Source of the DNA: Camelus ferus
Taxonomy: Eukaryota
DNA: 64,000 nt
Direction: 5' to 3'
Assembly: GCF_009834535.1 (NCBI RefSeq)
Contig: NC_045696.1
Location: 44,828,001 to 44,892,000 of the forward strand
Made by a program: the position numbers and the translations under genes. Each line of letters begins with the position of its first letter. The first letter of the stretch is position 1. Under the pieces are notes generated by a model that was given only the letters and a program-made list of their open reading frames with translations, was not told where the DNA came from and made no database searches. Shown piece after piece: positions 25,710 through 36,750 of this stretch.

Positions 25710-26445
25710 TTCCCTTCATCCATCCAACAATAGTTTTTGAGGGCCTACAATGTGGCAGGCACTGTGGAGACACAGTGACAACTCAAGTCATAGTCCCTAC
25801 CCTCATGATGCTGACAGCCTAGCAGAGAGAAAGAACATTAAAAATAATGTTGCAGACAATCAGCAAACTGCCATTGTAACGTAAAACCAAGGGGAAGCAC
25901 AGGGTGCGGCGACAGCAAATCCCCACTGCCATAAGATGAAGTCCCATCTCTTAGTAAGGCTAGTGCCACCCTGTATAGTCTGGCCTTAATTACTTGTATC
26001 GGTTTATCTTCCTTGTGCTCTAACCATTCACACCAGACTGCTCACCTTTGTGAAATCTGCCACGCGCTCTCATCTCTTTGCCTTTGCTTACGTGGAGAAG
26101 TTTTCCTGACATCTCTTATCCAAGCCCTTCTTAACCCTTAGGAGCCACAGACAAATGGTGCCTCCCTTACAGAGCCTTCATTGCTGCCCTGAAACCCAGT
26201 CTGCACTCCCATAAGCCCTTGTTCATACCTCTTGTCTGTAGCCCTTCCTCTAGTTTTTCAGCAGATATTTACTGAGCTCCTGATCTATAGCACATTCGCT
26301 GCGAGGCGCTGATTTCATGCTGCTGCGTAGTATCGTCACATAGTTGAGTGCGTATTACCGCTACCTCGGATTATAAATTGTAGGCTCGTTATTCATCTCC
26401 TGTCAGTGCTTGGGACATAGTAGTTGTACAATAGGTGTTTGTTCT
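25710..26445. mobile_element. Two L2 fragments in opposite orientations (minus 3' end at about 25710-25900; plus at about 25920-26445)
   Basis: ttcatccatccaacaatagtttttgagggcctacaatgtggcaggcactgt (minus tail) and cagtgcttgggacatagtagttgtacaataggtgtttgtt (plus tail). Confidence 0.6.
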
Positions 26446-27133
26446 ATTAAACTGGACTCTCCTCATATAGATCATACTATGACAGTAAGATTTTTATAGA
26501 AATTACTTTCCATCTGAAAGATTATACCTCCTTAGATGTGTTTATATTCTGTTTTTTTTAAGTGATTATCTGCTGACAGTGTACTTAACAATAAATCTGA
26601 TTTAAAATTTCAACTGCATGAGAAATCAGATAGCATTTTTGAAAAATATCTAGCTGCTATAGTCAGTTCTCTCTGAAGAAACACAGAGACTACTTCATGG
26701 TTTTCCAGTTTATCACCTGCTGTCTAAATAGATTTGATTTTCCTGTAGTATGCCTTATCAACTCTTTTTATAATATTTACCTAGTCATCATCTTTCTTTA
26801 TTTTCTTCCAGAAGTGATTTAAGAATTTTTTTCTTAAAGTAATAGACCCCAGGTGAATATTTACATGCAGTCAAAACATCAATCATGTTAACTGCAAATA
26901 AATGTATAATCAATTAGACTGACCATTCACTTGTCCAAAGTGGTCTCAAAGCTGGCTTGAAAACCTAGACTGATTATGCTACAGTTGAGTTATTTCAGTC
27001 ACATAAATCACTTCTGAATTTCAAGTGCAGTTGGAAGGATTTTTTTTTTCTTTCATCTTTATTTTTCCTCCAAAATATTTTGCCTGTCTTACTTTCTGGA
27101 GTTTGCATTTCAAGCAGATCTTCTGCTTCACAG

Positions 27134-27246
27134 ATTTGGATTTGTCCTTAAACCCAAGTGGGGAAGTGACCAAGCAGATCGGCGATGCCCTGCCCGTGTC
27201 ATGCACAATATCTGCTAGTAGGAATGCGACTGTGGTATGGATGAAG
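27134..27246 (+). CDS. ALCAM: ALCAM exon 9 (YLDLSLNPSGEVTKQIGDALPVSCTISASRNATVVWMK)
   Basis: cttcacag|AT acceptor; AAG|gtgagt donor; 113 nt. Confidence 0.96.
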
Positions 27247-29272
27247 GTGAGTAACAGTCCTTGATAATACTCCACTGTTTGGACTGATTCCTTTTTAGCT
27301 TCTTTTGCATCATATACTATATCCAATCATGTATATTCATGTGTAGTATGTTTATACACCCATACTCATACTCCAAGTATATTAATACAAATCATATCAC
27401 ACCAAAATCTTAGAGGTATTCAGTATCGGTATGGCATTCATAATTGATGCTCTGAAACTTCATTTGGGGCATTAATTTAATTATGTGTAGCTACTAAGTA
27501 ATATTGTCTTGTATGGATACACACATATATAGTTATATACTTTAGGGGTTAACAATTTTCAATGTGTTTTGACCTACAGTGTTGTAAACACAATGTTAGT
27601 GTGTTTACATGGGACAATTTATTATTCAAAAGAAGCTGAGGAAGAGAAATCAGAAAGCTCGTAAGTGACAGAGTGGAAACTTGAGCTCGGGCCTCACCGA
27701 GCAGAAATATGCTGTGCTCTAGTCACATAACTTTCTGCCTTTTTACTGAAACTGATCTTAAGTGTCTGAATGTGGGTTCCACTGAAATAGTAGCTCCTTG
27801 AAGGTAGGGATCTCTTTTCACCCCTGGGCCATAGCAGAACACCCGGAACATAGTAGGCGCTTAGTCTGTATTTCCTGGGTGAGTGCGTATAGTCTTGTAA
27901 TCATCTGAAATGTAGGACGTTACCTGGGAACTCATCGCTGTCTTTTTAGAGTGAGAAAGTATGGCTTGGTAATGGGTGATCTGAGACAAGATTATCACCA
28001 AAGCGCCTGGCTGTAACTATGTTTCCCTTCGCTCAGACTCTTGGCGAGCATATCTAAACACCCAGTCCATTTATTACGGGAACACGGCGTGTAACAGAAA
28101 CACTTAACCAGTGATGTCTTGACAAAACATATACAAACTGCCTGAAATGGGGGTTGACAAGAATTATCTTTGTAAACGATTGTGGAGAAATTCATTGCTA
28201 GAGTTTCTTCTTGATGAAAGTATAAATGATCTTGTATTGCTTTTTGATCTCTTTTAACGCTGGGTCCTCTGTTACTTGTTAATTTACTCTTAAGCCTCAG
28301 TTTCTTACTTCATGTTCTTTTAACCACAGCCTCATCACAACTTCTTATTCAGTCATAATTAAAGTGTCACTCCATGGAGTGCATATTTAACCTGATATAT
28401 TTGTAGTAGTTAGTGGTCAGAAGGCTAGACAAATTCTAGGCATAAGAACACTCAGAGTGTGTTTATTATAAAACTAGAGAAACAGTTTACTTGGCTAAAC
28501 CAATTTGCACATCAGCTGAAGTCACTGTTGTTAATTGAATATCTAATGTCAGTAGTGCTGATCAGTATTGCCCAGCCTTTGGTTAGTTGATGGAAATGGA
28601 GAAGAAATCATAGTGGACAAAGACCACATAATCTCAGAATTGTGTTTAGTTATCTTCTTAGGAGCATTTCAATTCCTGGTAAAACAGCATTATTTTTTGT
28701 TTATCAAATGATTTTCATAATTAAATGTTGCATTTCATTTTTTCATAGAAATTAGGATAATAACCTGTTGTTAAAGGTTTCTTTAAAAAGCATTTTTGTC
28801 CTAATTGCCATGGCTCTGTAATGGAGCCCCTGTCTTGATAACTGTCTCATATAAAGTGACTTTCAGGTATTTATACCCATCATTGATTATGTAGCACAAA
28901 TCTCCAATGTCTGTCAATCCAAGTTCATCTACATTTACTACAAGGAGTAGGTGCTGTCAACAGAGAACTCTCCTTAATGTAAACACGTTATATTGTTTTA
29001 CAAATAAAGAAATAAAAATCTCAGAAGTTTACAAATTTGTTCCAAATTATAAATTCATTAAATGGAAGAGTCAGAAATAAAACTCTGTTATGTCTAACTC
29101 TCAAAGTACAAAGTAAAAAAGAAATTATTTTTGAAAGCATCTGAAGTTAAGTAAAAGAAGCTTTCATTTTCATTAGACCCAAAAGAATAATTTCAGACTT
29201 CATTATTATATAATAAATACAGTGAGAGTTATAATTGTGCCATGTGAAGTAATTAACTTTTTGTTTAATCAG

Positions 29273-29408
29273 GATAACATCAAGCTTCGATCCAGCCCAT
29301 CATTTTCTAGTCTCCATTATCAGGATGCTGGAAACTATGTCTGTGAAACTGCTCTGCAAGAGGTTGAAGGACTAAAGAAAAGAGAGTCATTGACTCTGAT
29401 TGTAGAAG
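29273..29408 (+). CDS. ALCAM: ALCAM exon 10 (DNIKLRSSPSFSSLHYQDAGNYVCETALQEVEGLKKRESLTLIVE)
   Basis: tttaatcag|GAT acceptor; AAG|gtaata donor; 136 nt. Confidence 0.96.
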
Positions 29409-29512
29409 GTAATAAAATACGTGAGCACCAATTCAAATTTTTCTTTGGGAATTTAATATCTGCTTTCATGATCTGGGTTCCACATCTTCTTTTAATTGTA
29501 ATGACATTGTAG

Positions 29513-29646
29513 GAAAACCTCAAATCAAAATGACAAAGAAAACTGATCCCAGTGGACTGTCTAAAACAATAATCTGCCACGTGGAAGGTTTTCCGAAACC
29601 AGCTATACAATGGACAATTACTGGCAGCGGAAGCGTCATAAACCAA
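29513..29646 (+). CDS. ALCAM: ALCAM exon 11 (GKPQIKMTKKTDPSGLSKTIICHVEGFPKPAIQWTITGSGSVINQ); GC donor
   Basis: cattgtag|GA acceptor; CAA|gcaagtat non-canonical donor, which is needed to give the known NQTEES junction; 134 nt. Confidence 0.92.
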
Positions 29647-30362
29647 GCAAGTATTTGTCTTTTTGTTATGTGCTGTGCTTAGTCCAACGTGGGGTTTTAT
29701 TTATGTACCTAAACTGTAGGGTAGCTTGTTATCAACATGAGATCTACAGTACATTCTCAGAAGAAGCTTTTATTAACTTCTTAATTTTCCCAAAGGAAGA
29801 CCATGGCTCAAAGAGAGACTTAAAATACTAGGGCCATGGCAAATGGAAGAATCCTTATGTTGTGGTCAATGTCTGTTTTTTAAAGAATATAAATAAGGTG
29901 TTGTTCCATGGTCATTAATTCCTGAAACTGGAGTGATGAAAACATTATGGTATACACTTTTCTGCCTCATGAACTTCCACATCTGAGCATAAGTGTCCTC
30001 ACTTATACTTTGCTCACTTACACACATTAAGGGATATTTAATCTTGAAACTGGGCTCTGGGGTGTGGGGAAGATAACAGTCACTGTGAACATATGGTCTG
30101 ATTGGTGTGTGCCAGGGCCCAGGCCAGAGTAAGGCTAGCTAAATATGCAGTGTCTAGGATGGTTCCTGCTGAACAAAGTATACGTGAACCAAACAGTAAT
30201 ATTTGTACCTTTGTCACAACATTTTAGTGGTAGTAAAGGGCGAAGAACTTATGAACACTACCAGTAATTTTCTTTTTGATAAAAGAAAAAAAAAAGAAAA
30301 AAGATGAGAATCTGGCCTATTACTAACTGTTCAGAGCTATAATCCCATTAAATTGCTGGTCA

Positions 30363-30877
30363 ATAAAAAAGTTGTGGTATATATATACAATGGAATACTA
30401 CTCAGCAATTTAAAAAAATAAAATAATACCATTTGCAGCAACATGGATGGAACTAGAGATCATCATTCTAAGAGAAGTAAGCCAGAAAGAGAAAGAAAAA
30501 TGCCATATGATATCACTCATATGTAGAACCGAAAAAAAGAAAGAAAGACACTAATGAACTCATCTACAAAACAGAAACAGAAACGCAGACATAGTAAACA
30601 ATCTTATGGTTACTGGGGGTAAAGGGATGGGAAGGGAAAAATTTGGGAGTTTGAGATTTGCAAATATTAGCCTAGTGGCTATATAAAACTAGATTTAAAA
30701 TAACAAATTTCTTCTCTATAGCACAGGAAACTATATTCAATATCTTGTAATAACCTTTAATGAAAAAGAGTATGAAAATGAATATATGTATGTATATGCA
30801 TGACTGGGACATCGTGCAGTACACCAGAGATTGACATATTGTAACTGACTATACTTCAATAAGAAGAAAAAGGAAGA
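30363..30877 (+). mobile_element. LINE-1 3' fragment (about 515 bp), sense orientation, in intron 11
   Basis: ORF2 C-terminus [16 protein letters not shown], a 3'UTR and an A-rich tail. Degenerate 13-bp TSD AAATTGCTGGTCA (30350-30362) and AAATTGCCAATCA (30878-30890) at a TT/AAA site. Confidence 0.92.
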
Positions 30878-32698
30878 AAATTGCCAATCAGCTCAGGGTA
30901 CTGACATACTTATTAATTCCATTTTCCCTACAACAGTCTTCATGACCTTATTCTCAGTGGAGCCACTTAAAAACTCTTCAGGAACACCTAGAGGTGCCAT
31001 TTGGTTATTTGAATCTTCTGTGCTGCCTTCTTCCCAGCTTTGGACCCAGCTGATATCTGAGAAGGCATGCCTAAACCAGAGCTGCAATTTCAAGTTAAAA
31101 TGCCCACTCTTTCTCTGTCCAGGGAAGCTGGGCCACTGGTCCAGCTTCCACAGTGTAGCTTTGCAGAGCAAGGTGAATTCTGGTTCTTTCACCTATGGGC
31201 GGGGAGACGTATTTGCATAACTCCAGGGATGGAAGGTCCCCAAAGGAGTGGACACACCTGAAGCAAATGCCTCCTGATTTGGTCATGCGTGATGGGGACA
31301 CACAAGCCACAGAACATGCATGAGCAGGGCGAGAAGGCCCCTTCACACCAAGGAAATGCAGTTTTCTTGAGTTAGAATAAAGACCTGAACCACCTGAATT
31401 GCTAACAATGTACAGATCTATTTTTTAGCATCAAACATGACTGTTTCTCTTCTCCTCTATTCTTTTTGCTATCTAGTTCAAATAAGTAATAATTACAGCA
31501 AAAGAGAACCTTTTGGTATTGGTATGAAAACGGAGAAAATAGAAAAATAAATAATCAATCAATGAAAAGATTCAAAGATTTAAAAGGCCATCCTAGAAAT
31601 GAGCAAATATATTTTGTAGGGATAAAAGTAACAAAAACAAAAACTTGTGAGAAAGTCATATGAAAAATACTAGTGGGAAGTGGAAAAATGGCAGGTGAAC
31701 TTACTCTGAGGATAAAAATAATAATGCCATTCTTCATTGTCAAGGAGAAGGATTGATTCTGGCCCACTAGGTGATATGTTATTTTTCTTGTCCTAGGTTT
31801 ATGCTGATCCATCTAAAATCTTTTATTTGTTCCCTCCTCAATCACATGGTGAATCTATTATTTCACAACTACTGATACTTCTGCCCCGCCCCTGCCCTGG
31901 GTATCCCTAAGCGGGATGCTCTCTCCTGTCCTCAAGGCCTGTACAATGCAGTTGAGGAGAAAGCAGAGGACAATACAGGATGTGGTGCGTGTAATATGAC
32001 TGAGAAAGGAATACAAGTGCGTGCTTGCGTTAGTGGAGGTGGGCTGAGGAGTCAAGTCCTGGCGGAGAGATTACAGTGAATTGTCTCTTGGGTTTGCAGG
32101 AATTAAATGGCAGTGATTGTCCTCATTAATACTTCACAAAAGCCGAATGAATTTACCAGTCACTCAGAAAGAACCCATCCTCTGTATTTAACTCAAGAAA
32201 ATTACGGAAACAATAGTCCAATTTTTCCCATGGAAAAATCAGGCCTGCCTGAGCTCTTAGATATCACGGTTTAAGATAAAGGAATTCACCCCTGCAGTGA
32301 AGAACAATGACACAGTTGACAAGTAGAATCAAATTCATAAGTTTATTAGGAGAAAACTGGTGACAAATTAGTCACTAATTAATTATTTTGAGACAGGTAC
32401 TACCATGCCAAAATATTAACTAACCTGAGCATCTATTTGAAAAAGAGTTTAATTAATTTAATTATTAGAAAATTAACAATAGAAGCATAAACAGAAATCC
32501 AATTATGGCTTCATTACTCTTTTTCCTCCCTGCTGTAGTTATAAACCTCAGCTGACCTTACCTATAACCTCACGTGTACCCTTGAATGCCAGCTCGCACG
32601 ACAGAATGCCGCATCTACCCTATTTCACTCACTATTACTCTTTCCCATGTTTTCAGTCCATTTCCATTTCTAAATCTATTTTCCTTTTCTGTTTTCAG

Positions 32699-32831
32699 AC
32701 AGAGGAATCTCCTTATATCAATGGCAGGTATTATAGTAAAATTATCATTTCCCCTGAGGAGAATGTTACATTAACTTGCACAGCAGAAAACCAGCTGGAG
32801 AGAACAGTAAACTCCTTGAATGTCTCTGCTA
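32699..32831 (+). CDS. ALCAM: ALCAM exon 12 (TEESPYINGRYYSKIIISPEENVTLTCTAENQLERTVNSLNVSA)
   Basis: ttctgttttcag|ACA acceptor; CTA|gtgagt donor; 133 nt. Confidence 0.95.
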
Positions 32832-34695
32832 GTGAGTATTTCATTTCTGGCATTAAAAAAAAAAGTAAGAAAATTTGAAGTTATTCTTCATTAGTTTAAA
32901 ATCTTCAGTTCCATCTTCCTGTACTGCATTATGGTAAGTTTTATTTATTTATTTTGCATTTGGTATCATCATCATAAGGTTCTCTTTTTTTTTTCCTGGT
33001 GTCCATTGTGCAATCCTTGTCTTGACAGTTAAATCATTTCATGTGTTATGAGTCAGAGATTTTATCTTGTACAGGAATATCTCCCAAGATCAACAGAGGA
33101 TGAGACCTGAGTTCTTATTTAATCCAAGTTTTATGTTCAGAGTATAGATAATTCAAAGATTATATTAAAACATTTATGTAACAGTTTTAAGTTTGAAAAA
33201 ATTTTTAATTCCCTTTAACCTACTATTTTGCATTTCAACTCTTTGTGGTATTTATCCATTCTTATTTTGTATAGGAATGCCACATGCATAAAGTCATTCA
33301 GCAAATTGATAGCAAAACTGATATTAGAATTTATTAATTCTGGTTTCAAAAGTTGATGCTTTTGAATATTATGTTTGAATCATAGATTAAAAAATGAAAC
33401 AAATGAGATTAACTCAGAGAAAGTAATAAAAAAATTTGTCGGTGCTGAAATCAAAGTATGGATACCAATAGGAGTTTCTTCTGAAAACAGTTTCATTTAA
33501 TTTGAAATTATCTCTCATCTTCAATTCTGTAATACTTCCTATTGCCATGCCAGCCATAAATCAGGGCTAGCCTAGACTGACGCTCAGTGCCGGACAGGAT
33601 GCTAACTGACCCTTCAAACTTTTATTCTTCAGTTAGTGGAAATCCTGTATGTGACACAGGATAGAGATATACTGGCTAGGAATTAGTGGGAGCTAGGAGA
33701 AAATGATTGTCTAAAGATAATAGTCCTTAACACAATATGACTAGAATATAAAAACATGTTGGATTGACAGGAGGAAAAAAACCAAACAAATTTAACTCTA
33801 AAATAGGAGCATTGACTTCTCTGAATTCAATTCAGCAAGTATTGATTTGTCCTACCAAGAAAGAGAACTTATCCTTTCTTCCTGAACACAGTCTCTCTTT
33901 ATATTCTAGCTTGTTGAATAGTGGTTCTCTAGACCATGCGATGGCATGATCAGCATTTAATACTGTCACTTTCAAATTCAACGAGCACCTCCTGAAAGTC
34001 TAACATAGTATGTATGAGGAGGGGTTAGGAATTGGCATTTAACAAACATCACTGGTAAAGTTCTCATGCAAGCCTATGTGCATAGAAGAATATTTGTTTA
34101 GTTTAACATTGTATCCTCATCCATCAGAGTGGCAATTCTTAAAATGGCCAAGAACATAGAACTATCAGAGTCATTTGGGGGGCTTATACAAGCATCATAT
34201 ATGTTGTCTGCGACATCCCCAGTTTTAACCTCCACCCCAACCACTTTGACAGTGTCTCTAGTGGTAAGTCCCTGACACTAGAGGATGAAGATAAATTCTC
34301 CACTGAGGCAGGAAGATTGGAGAAAAGTTGAGAAATACTACATTGTAGATTTCATATGTTGCAACTTGCTTCTCTCAAAAAAGTCCTATTGGGAGGTCGG
34401 TAGATAGTGGGAAAATTAATATGGATTTCAGATTAACACTATAGCTTGTCAGTTGTGAAATTTTCTATGGTAGGTTAATACATCTGCAGTTTTAACTACT
34501 CTCCTTTCTTTAAAATAAGATTAATTTCTTTGTAGGGAAGTTCACGCTCTATTAAATGTAAGTTTTTTTCTACACTTAGCCATAGAATAGATATTTTATC
34601 TTTGAGTATTATTACATCATACTATAATGGTAAAGGTGACTTTCATATATCAACAAATTTTGTTTTTAATTTCATATTAACATTTTTCATTTCAG

Positions 34696-34734
34696 TAAGT
34701 ATTCCAGAACACGATGAGGCAGACGAGATAAGTG
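34696..34734 (+). CDS. ALCAM: ALCAM exon 13, 39-nt symmetric cassette exon encoding the stalk (ISIPEHDEADEIS)
   Basis: tttcag|TA acceptor; GTG|gtaggt donor; phase 1-1 with length divisible by 3. Known to be skipped in human ALCAM isoform 2. Confidence 0.95.
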
Positions 34735-35023
34735 GTAGGTACTACACTGCCGGCTTCTTCCTTGACTATCAGCTCAAGATTTATGAAGTGTCATTGTATA
34801 AGTAATTTTCTTAGCTGCCGCAATTTTGACTCAAATTAAAATAGCAACTGAGACAAGATAGTAACAGTGCTAAAACGTTAATCCTTTAAAAGCACAAGTT
34901 TGCATGTTACTCTCAGTAGTGAGCCTTAGTCATTTTTAATAAGAAATAGTAATTAAGATTGACTTCTTTTCAGAAATCCTTGGCGTTGTCTGTAATTGCA
35001 CGGGCTTTTCTTCTTTGTTGTAG

Positions 35024-35141
35024 ATGAGAACAAAGAAAAGGTGAATGACCAGGCGAAGCTGATCGTGGGAATCGTCGTCGGTCTCCTCCTCGCCGCCCTC
35101 GTTGCCGGTGTTGTCTACTGGCTGTACATTAAGAAATCAAA
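35024..35141 (+). CDS. ALCAM: ALCAM exon 14 (DENKEKVNDQAK, TM helix LIVGIVVGLLLAALVAGVVYWLY, IKKSK)
   Basis: tttgttgtag|AT acceptor; AAA|gtaagt donor; 118 nt; hydrophobic TM followed by a basic juxtamembrane motif. Confidence 0.96.
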
Positions 35142-36678
35142 GTAAGTGGTAGAAAAAAGACCTTCACTGTTCACTGACTTTCACTGGGAGAAGGTACAGT
35201 GTGTTCCTGGTGCTCATTTCAGCTGGGCATGTAATTCCTGTAACAGGAGAGACACGCCCCCCGAATCAGGGTCACCACATTTTGCCTTCAGTTCAGCGGG
35301 ACTACGTTGCCAATACTGGGGACGTGGCTTGGAGTGATTTCACACGTATCCTCTTATTTTTCTCAGTCAATAATCTGAATTCAATTGTTTGATTTTTTTT
35401 TTTCAATGCTTAGGTAGATTTTTTTAAAAGTCCATAGTGCCTAAAAGTCAACCATTTGGCTTAGCATGGTGAAAATAAGTTACAGTGGCTCTTCCGTCCT
35501 GCAGAGATGGCCTGGTGTCTCTGCGGTGACAGGTCTGGCCAGCAGGGACACTGCTGCTGAGTTAGAGCCTCCTTGTTGTCACTGCTTCTCTGTTCTATTT
35601 AGGTCACTTGGTTCCGTAGAAGAATCCAGTTCAGAGAAAAATTCATCATTATTTTGCCTTGAATTTCTTAAAAATGATTAGACAAAATACCAGGATTACT
35701 TTAAAAATGATTTAGATAGTGTTTAAAGATTATCAGAGTCTTAAAATAATACAGATTAGTATCAACCTTACAATCATCTAACAGTGGTTTGTAATGAAAA
35801 TACAATTAATGAATATTCTTAACATACACGTATGCCTGGTACTCCTGATTGCCTCAGCTCTGACCCTAGGTTCAGATGCAATTGGACAGAGATGGGGTTT
35901 TAGCATTGCATTTTTTTTAAGTTCCACTGGTGATTCTGCAGTGTACCCCTGGCTTCAAACATGGGTTTCAAACTTCCATATCTTACAAATGAGGAAATTG
36001 ATTTTGCAAGAGAATGTGTATAGCTAGTGGCAACTTTGGGCTTTATATTTTCTTGATGTCTGAACCCCTTTCAGCAACTCAGGTATGTTAACTTAAAAGC
36101 AAAAGAAAAAGCAGACACAATCAGGTTCACAATCTCACCCTGTAAAGTTAGAAATTTCAATGAAGTAATATTCAAATGGAGCTGCCATCGAGGGAGGCAG
36201 TAGCTCCGAATTTTTGAAGTCACGTGATGTGACCCTGTGTTGGGTTCTGTTTTGTTCTCACAGTTCATCTCTGAAGTAGATGCTTGTACTGTACATATTT
36301 TACCTTGGAGAAAAGCTACGGCAGACGATGGTTAAATGACTTGCTTAAAGTTACACAGTGGCATGGGGCAGTACTGCATTTGATTTAAGGCAGTGCTGTT
36401 TTAGAGTCTTTGTGCCTCATCACTAGTTCTTATTTTCTCTCACTATGCCTTACTTTTTCTCTTTTTCGGCCACGTAAGGCAGAAGCATGTTCCTGCTATG
36501 TGCTGTAGTTGAGGTACCTGTCCACTCTCACACTGAGGCACGTTCACGTCTGATCTTGGCACTTCAGTCCTTGATCTTGAGCAGTTCCCACTATCACTTG
36601 ACAACAATTGTGTTCTTTTTCTCAGTGAATATTTTACCAACAAACACTTCATTTTGGCCTGTGTCCACGGTTTCTGTG

Positions 36679-36750
36679 GAAAGTCGAGAAGACTGCCTGC
36701 ACAATAGAAAAGAAAGTCGAGAAGACTGCCTGCTACAATAGAAAAGAAAG
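36679..36750. repeat. 33/34-bp head-to-tail tandem duplication
   Basis: GAAAGTCGAGAAGACTGCCTGC(T)ACAATAGAAAA x2 plus GAAAG. Confidence 0.95.

Noticed and set aside
29647..29660. Intron 11 as a U12-type (minor spliceosome) intron
   Set aside because: Neither GCAAGTAT nor GTATTTGT matches the U12 donor RTATCCTT, and the acceptor has a normal U2 pyrimidine tract.
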